Shown here in pieces: positions 40,161 through 64,000 of a DNA stretch of 64,000 nucleotides. Where the stretch lies: NCBI RefSeq assembly GCF_009914755.1, contig NC_060936.1. One strand, given 5' to 3'. The number at the start of each line of letters is the position of its first letter. The first letter of the stretch is position 1. The position numbers and the translations under genes are program-made. The notes below the pieces were generated by a model. The model had not been told where the DNA came from. It searched no databases and saw nothing but the letters and a program-made list of their open reading frames with translations. This stretch comes from the human T2T-CHM13v2.0 reference genome, Homo sapiens.

Positions 40161-41465
40161 ATGCCTGACCGGGACAGCTATGCCAACGGTACCGGGAGCA
40201 GCGGTGGAGGCCCTGGAGGTGGTGGCAGCGAGGAGGCCAGTGGGGCAGGGGTAGGCAGTGGCGGGGCCAGCTCAGATGCCATCTGTAGAGACTTCTTGAG
40301 GAATGTGTGCAAGCGAGGCAAGCGTTGCCGATATCGCCACCCAGACATGAGCGAGGTGTCCAACTTGGGGGTGAGCAAAAACGAGTTCATCTTCTGCCAT
40401 GACTTCCAGAACAAGGAGTGTAGCCGCCCAAATTGCCGTTTCATCCATGGCTCCAAGGAGGATGAGGATGGCTATAAGAAGACAGGAGAGCTTCCCCCAC
40501 GGCTGAGGCAGAAAGTAGCAGCTGGCCTTGGCCTTTCACCGGCTGACCTACCAAATGGCAAGGAGGAGGTCCCTATCTGCCGTGACTTTCTCAAGGGTGA
40601 CTGTCAGAGAGGAGCCAAGTGCAAGTTCCGTCACCTGCAACGGGATTTTGAGTTTGATGCTCGGGGTGGAGGAGGCACTGGTGGGGGCTCAACAGGCTCA
40701 GTCCTCCCAGGACGACGTCATGATCTCTATGATATCTATGACCTTCCTGACAGGGGCTTTGAGGACCATGAGCCAGGCCCAAAACGCCGGCGAGGTGGAT
40801 GCTGCCCCCCTGATGGCCCTCATTTTGAGTCATATGAATATAGTTTGGCTCCACCGCGAGGGGTGGAGTGCAGACTGCTAGAGGAGGAGAATGCCATGCT
40901 CAGGAAGCGGGTAGAGGAGTTAAAGAAGCAGGTCAGCAACCTGCTGGCCACCAATGAGGTACTACTGGAACAAAATGCTCAGTTCCGCAATCAGGCCAAG
41001 GTCATAACCCTGAGCTCCACTGCACCAGCGACTGAGCAGACTCTGGCCCCCACTGTGGGCACTGTTGCCACTTTTAACCATGGCATTGCCCAGACTCACA
41101 CTACTCTCAGCAGCCAGGCTCTACAGCCTCGTCCAGTGTCCCAGCAAGAACTGGTGGCCCCTGCTGGAGCTCCAGCTGCTCCCCCAACTAATGCTGCACC
41201 TCCTGCTGCTCCACCACCCCCACCCCCACACTTGACCCCAGAGATCACGCCACTGTCAGCTGCCCTGGCTCAAACAATTGCCCAGGGAATGGCACCTCCA
41301 CCTGTCTCCATGGCTCCTGTGGCTGTATCTGTGGCTCCTGTGGCCCCTGTGGCTGTATCGATGGCCCAACCCTTGGCAGGAATCACAATGAGCCACACCA
41401 CCACTCCCATGGTGACTTACCCTATCGCTTCCCAGAGCATGCGCATCACGGCCATGCCACACTGA
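40161..41465 (+). CDS. ZC3H10: Zinc finger CCCH domain-containing protein 10, 434 aa, single coding exon (acceptor before 40109)
   Basis: MPDRDSYANG start, three CCCH fingers (CRDFLRNVCKRGKRCRYRH, CHDFQNKECSRPNCRFIH, CRDFLKGDCQRGAKCKFRH), a coiled coil and a Pro/Ala-rich tail. Confidence 0.97.
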   Translation: MPDRDSYANGTGSSGGGPGGGGSEEASGAGVGSGGASSDAICRDFLRNVCKRGKRCRYRHPDMSEVSNLGVSKNEFIFCHDFQNKECSRPNCRFIHGSKEDEDGYKKTGELPPRLRQKVAAGLGLSPADLPNGKEEVPICRDFLKGDCQRGAKCKFRHLQRDFEFDARGGGGTGGGSTGSVLPGRRHDLYDIYDLPDRGFEDHEPGPKRRRGGCCPPDGPHFESYEYSLAPPRGVECRLLEEENAMLRKRVEELKKQVSNLLATNEVLLEQNAQFRNQAKVITLSSTAPATEQTLAPTVGTVATFNHGIAQTHTTLSSQALQPRPVSQQELVAPAGAPAAPPTNAAPPAAPPPPPPHLTPEITPLSAALAQTIAQGMAPPPVSMAPVAVSVAPVAPVAVSMAQPLAGITMSHTTTPMVTYPIASQSMRITAMPH

Positions 41466-42068
41466 TGGGGCTAATGGACACTCCCCTGGTATAGCCTCGC
41501 AGGGCTGGGGTCAGGGGGCCCTTGCCCACTCACCTAGCCTTCCCCATCCCTGTCTGAAGGGCTCCCTTGAGAACTAGGACAAGAGACTACAAGGAGTATG
41601 TCCTGAGGAGGGGTTGGGATGGTGTGTTTTCTCTCACCTCCCTTTTATGAGGGTCCTCTTGTCCATCTTCAAGCCTCACAGTGGGGGCTTGCAGAGGAGT
41701 GCAGACTGAAGCCAGCAGAGAGGAAGGACTGACTGAGGGGCTGTGTCCTCTTATGGGAATTTGGGAACATCCCTCGTCTTGTCCTCTCTTCTGCACAGCA
41801 CAGGTTCCAGCACTGGTTTTAGAAGAAAAAAATACCCTGCCCAGAGGGAAAGCCAGGAAAGATTGGGAAGTGGGTGGTCAGGAGAGAAGGCCTGATAGGA
41901 GCCTTCAGACAATTTGGGTCCTAGTTGCTTGGGTTGGACAATACAGGAATTGCTTCTGGGCCCTGGGAAAGCTGGGACCATAGTGCTCCAGCCCAAAGAC
42001 TAGGGGAGCATTCATTACCCTAGTTTGACCTGAAAATCCATAGGGCAGGGCCCACTACTTTCCAAAGA

Positions 42069-42074
42069 AATAAA
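42069..42074 (+). terminator. ZC3H10: ZC3H10 proximal poly(A) signal
   Basis: AATAAA ~600 nt after the stop. A further AATAAA at 47090-47095 could end a long 3'UTR. Confidence 0.6.
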
Positions 42075-42981
42075 AGAACAATTATTTTTAACAAATGGAG
42101 GCAGTGAAAACTTGCTTAGCTATTCTGTGTGGAAGATGGGAGCAGTAAATAGATCTCATGCCAAAATGGGATAAAGACCCCAGCCTCACATAGCTTTGGT
42201 AAGATGGATAGAAGCCAGTGAAGAAGGGTAGGGACCCAGAACAAGACCAAATGGGGCTTTGGGGAAGGCACTTTATGGGGTAAAAGCTTTGGAGCCACCC
42301 AGTCTAGTTTTAAAAATAGTCCCATCTGTTTCTGGTCTCTGTCTGTATGTGCTATTCCCAGGTTGCCTCAGTAACCAGGGCTCCTAGGGTCATTTAGCAG
42401 GGCAGGCAGTAAGGAGAGTGTATTTGCTGAAATGCGGATGGGATGTTACATAGTTGACAGATCCTTATTCAAACAGAGCAGGACAGGTGGAGTTGATGGC
42501 CATTGAGTTGATGGCAGTTGCCGCTCAGTTGATGGCAGTTAATGTCCCTCCTACCCCACCCCTTCAGTGGCCAGTTCCTGAAGCCTTCAAGGCTTGGGAG
42601 GTCTGGGAAAAGAGAGTCCTTCTAGGGACACAAGCCTCAGGGTCCATCCCTTTCCTCTGTCTCCACATAGGACCAGAAGTTTTAAATCTACTTAAGTCAG
42701 TAAGGCCAGGGGCCCCAATAGTCAAACCTCAGTTCCTCCTCAGCTCACGGCTGATGTAGGGAAAACAACTCAGGTGTCTAGTCTAATGGGACAGTAGATT
42801 TGGGGGTAGAGAGTGATCCTGGATTGTGTTCCCCCTCATCATGTCTCCTGCTACCTCTTGCTTTCTTGTCTGGTTGATCACTCAGGTCACATCTGGGATT
42901 GGAGATGGTGGGCTAGGTCAAGGCCAGTCATTAAAAAAAAAAGCCTAAAGACTAAAAGTGGGCTAACATTGTGGATTTTAG

Positions 42982-45687
<2,706 letters not shown>

Positions 45688-47479
45688 TTGGCAGTAACTT
45701 TTGAGGAATAAAGAATACAGAAGGAGTTTCCTCAAATCTTGTTGCCCTTCCCATCTTTGTGAGCTGAGATCAGAGTACCGTATCTCACCCTCTGCCTCTT
45801 GGAGGTGATTATGGTTTACATATAAATGCAGATTGCAAGTCCAGGAAGTTTACTCTCTCTCCTCCTGTAGGCCTCATCCTGTAAGACACTTCCTCTAACA
45901 AATGGGCATCCCTTCCTGTTGTCCACTTACTGCTTATCACCACCAGGTGGCACCTGGGCAGCAGAATTGTCAGTGGGCGGGGACCCACCCTGTTTACTTG
46001 TGTTGGTAACTGCATTGCAGCTGCTGATCCTGTGGCTCCTGGGCCCCAGCTGGGACAAGAACTTCCTGAGGATGAAGTTTTATCCCCTATATAATTTCTG
46101 ATGATCTGGATGAGGTGAGGAAGGGAGAAGTTTGGAAAAGAACCTCCATAGGTCACCCTCTCCATTCCCCCATTCTCAGGAACCTCCTTGCCTACTCCAG
46201 TGCTTGGCAAATTTCAGTTTATAGAGAGGTTTCTCTCTAAGGTTCATCCATGTTCCTTCTGTAGTTCTGCTTTATCAGTTGGTGAGCAGGTCACTCATAA
46301 TTCCTCCAATTTCCTTGTTTCCCTTTTCTACCTGCTTACCTCTGGGAATATGGAGGATATAGGAGACAGAATATTGTTTCTTAAATAGTTCTGCAAACTG
46401 AATGAAGCAGTCAAGATACTGCTAGCCCTAGGGAAGTAGAGAAAAGGAAGTGAAAAAATTTAAGTGATAGAGGCTGAGCAGGGACAGGTTTTAAGCAGCT
46501 TTGGTAAACACAGGCTGATGAAATCTATGCCCTGCAGAACCAGATAAAATTTATCAGCTGCAGGCCTCATCCTGTAAGACACTTCCTCTAAGAAATGGCT
46601 AGTTTCTTCCCAGTGATCAACCCCAGTTCTTCTGCTGCATCTGACAGATTTACATAATATGCCCCATATATACTGCATTAAAAGGTAATCATCTTATGAC
46701 CAACACTTCCCTCATCAACTTCCAATTAGTCTAGTTCCTAGATCCTAGGACAACACTCCACCTCTAACGCCAGTTAACTAGTAACAATAGTCATCGGTGT
46801 ACCCTGCACTTTTTCCTTCCTAAACCTACACCGTACACTGTGGGACTGCACTAGTTCTGCACCTGACTGTATGGCAAACCTTCCTTCTAACTCAGGCAAA
46901 TGTGAAAAGGAATTGTCTTTCCCTTACTCTTGATCCCTCATTTTAGTGTCCTAGAAGTTCTTCAGGGTCAGAAAATTATTGGAAAATGTAATAATTTGCG
47001 CTGCCTCCCTCCCTTTTGGAGCCAACTAGTCTTACATCCATCCTCTAAGATAGAGATGACTTACTAACTCTTGGAAATTTCCAAAAAGAAATAAAGCCTC
47101 ACTTTCTATTCACTCTGCTTTTTTTCCCCCTTTCCCTGAAGGCTGGATTATCTCAACTCTGTAATTCTCTGACTCTCCAGTTTTCTCCAGGGTCAGTCGT
47201 TACACCACACAAAGAAGGTAGGGGATTAGGGACGGGATAGACGGGGTTAGTTTTCAAACACTTTCATTCCAAATACGATCGTATCCTTTCCTTTTGTAAG
47301 GGCAGGCAGGAAAAAGTTGAAGGATAAGGAATGTGCTTAGAGTATGAAAACTAGAGAAAGTCGGCAAAAGAACATATATATATATCCCAGACCAAATCCT
47401 GCCAAACCGAATGAGTAGAGGGAAATCCTGAAGCTCCACAACCCCTCAACTTCGCAACTTGGGCTTTCTCCAAAACCAA

Positions 47480-47917
47480 GAAATTGGCGGTGCAGCTCTG
47501 CATGACGTCATACCACAGGCACTCCAATCCCACGTGGGGGAGCTCTTGGTCCCGCCTCTCCTGAAATGGTGCGCCACGCCTCCTCCTCTTTATTACCAAT
47601 CGAATGCCGCCCCTGAGCCCCTTTCTTCCTTTTCCCGCCATCTCAGACCTCCCATCTTGGCCTTCGGGCCCAATCAGGGAGGCCCTACCTATCCGAAACC
47701 CGGTCCGTTCCCCGCGGAAGAGGGGTGGAGTTTCAACCTTTTAACTCCACCTTGGTCTGTGCAGCGCGGACCAACCCAAATCGCCAGAAAGGAGGGGCGT
47801 GGCTTGAAGTCCCCTCCTCCATCCCGGGGATCACGTTTTGCCTGGGGGAGCTGATCGCAAGACTAGGCAACCTCCAGCCAGTCCCTGGGTCGGGCGGATC
47901 CTCCCAGAGGTGGCACA
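47480..47917 (+). promoter_or_regulatory. ESYT1: ESYT1 promoter with CRE, CCAAT boxes, E-box and GC/KLF boxes
   Basis: TGACGTCA 47503-47510, CCAAT at 47524, ~47596 and ~47669, CACGTG 47531-47536, GGGGCGTGG ~47794. The CpG island continues into exon 1. Confidence 0.75.
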
Positions 47918-63461
<15,544 letters not shown>

Positions 63462-64000
63462 GAGCTGGCGAGTCCCAGCCTGACTGCTCTGTCTTCCTGC
63501 CTTCGTCTCGCTCCATCACCGCCTCAATGTGATGAGCCTAAAGCTAGGGTCCAAGGGCAGAGCCTGTGCCCTTCAGCCCTTTCACCTAACAGGCCCATAT
63601 TCGGGCCTTTGCCTGACCAAAGAGAAGAACCGTATGTTCCCTTTACTGCACGGCCTTTATCCTTCTGGGCCCCTGGGGCGGGGACCTGAGCTGGCTGTTT
63701 CCTGCTTTGCCTGCACATTGTTCTCCCTTCCTCCCAACTCCTCAGGGCCTTCTGTATCTGTGCCTGGCCAGTGGCAGCACTAGCAGTGGTATTAGCTTAT
63801 GCCAAATACAGCTTTGGAAGGATCTTTTTTTCTTTAACTAGATGGTCACCTTCTTCCCTACCACACATGGGTGGGAAGGTGGACAGGCTAACCTCTCCAG
63901 CTGTGAGCCTCTTAGACTACTGCATGTAGCAAATGTTCAGCAGCTCAGGCCCCCATGTCCAGTTCTGTCCCCACTGTCCTCAACCCTGTCCTGAAAATTC

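Noticed and set aside
47524-47536. CCAAT-C-CCACG resembling an ER stress element in the ESYT1 promoter
   Set aside because: It matches neither ERSE (CCAAT-N9-CCACG) nor ERSE-II (ATTGG-N-CCACG). It is better read as an adjacent CCAAT box and E-box.

Overview
Human (or very close primate) genomic DNA from the gene-dense ERBB3 - PA2G4 - RPL41 - ZC3H10 - ESYT1 locus (chr12q13.2 from recall), with all five genes on the + strand. The window starts in ERBB3 intron 1 and ends in the ESYT1 3'UTR. I traced the coding exons by GT-AG junctions. PA2G4 (394 aa), RPL41 (25 aa), ZC3H10 (434 aa) and ESYT1 (1104 aa) sum to complete ORFs; ERBB3 lacks only exon 1. The introns carry about 50 Alus plus MER1, MER47, L1M and MIR relics. 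The most notable observations are: (1) the spliced ZC3H10 leader is stop-free and in frame with the CDS, with an ACG in strong Kozak context predicting a 44-aa 'MAAAAE...' extension, and inclusion of a 64-nt exon carrying a uORF would switch this frame; (2) a ~1.3-kb fold-back inverted duplication in ESYT1 intron 15; (3) inverted Alus bracketing exactly one 960-nt in-frame repeat unit of the ESYT1 C2 duplication; (4) phase compatibility for an in-frame ERBB3 exon 27 to PA2G4 exon 2 read-through; (5) an exact 27-nt copy of an ERBB3 splice donor junction in another intron. Repeat boundaries are approximate, and no database searches were run.
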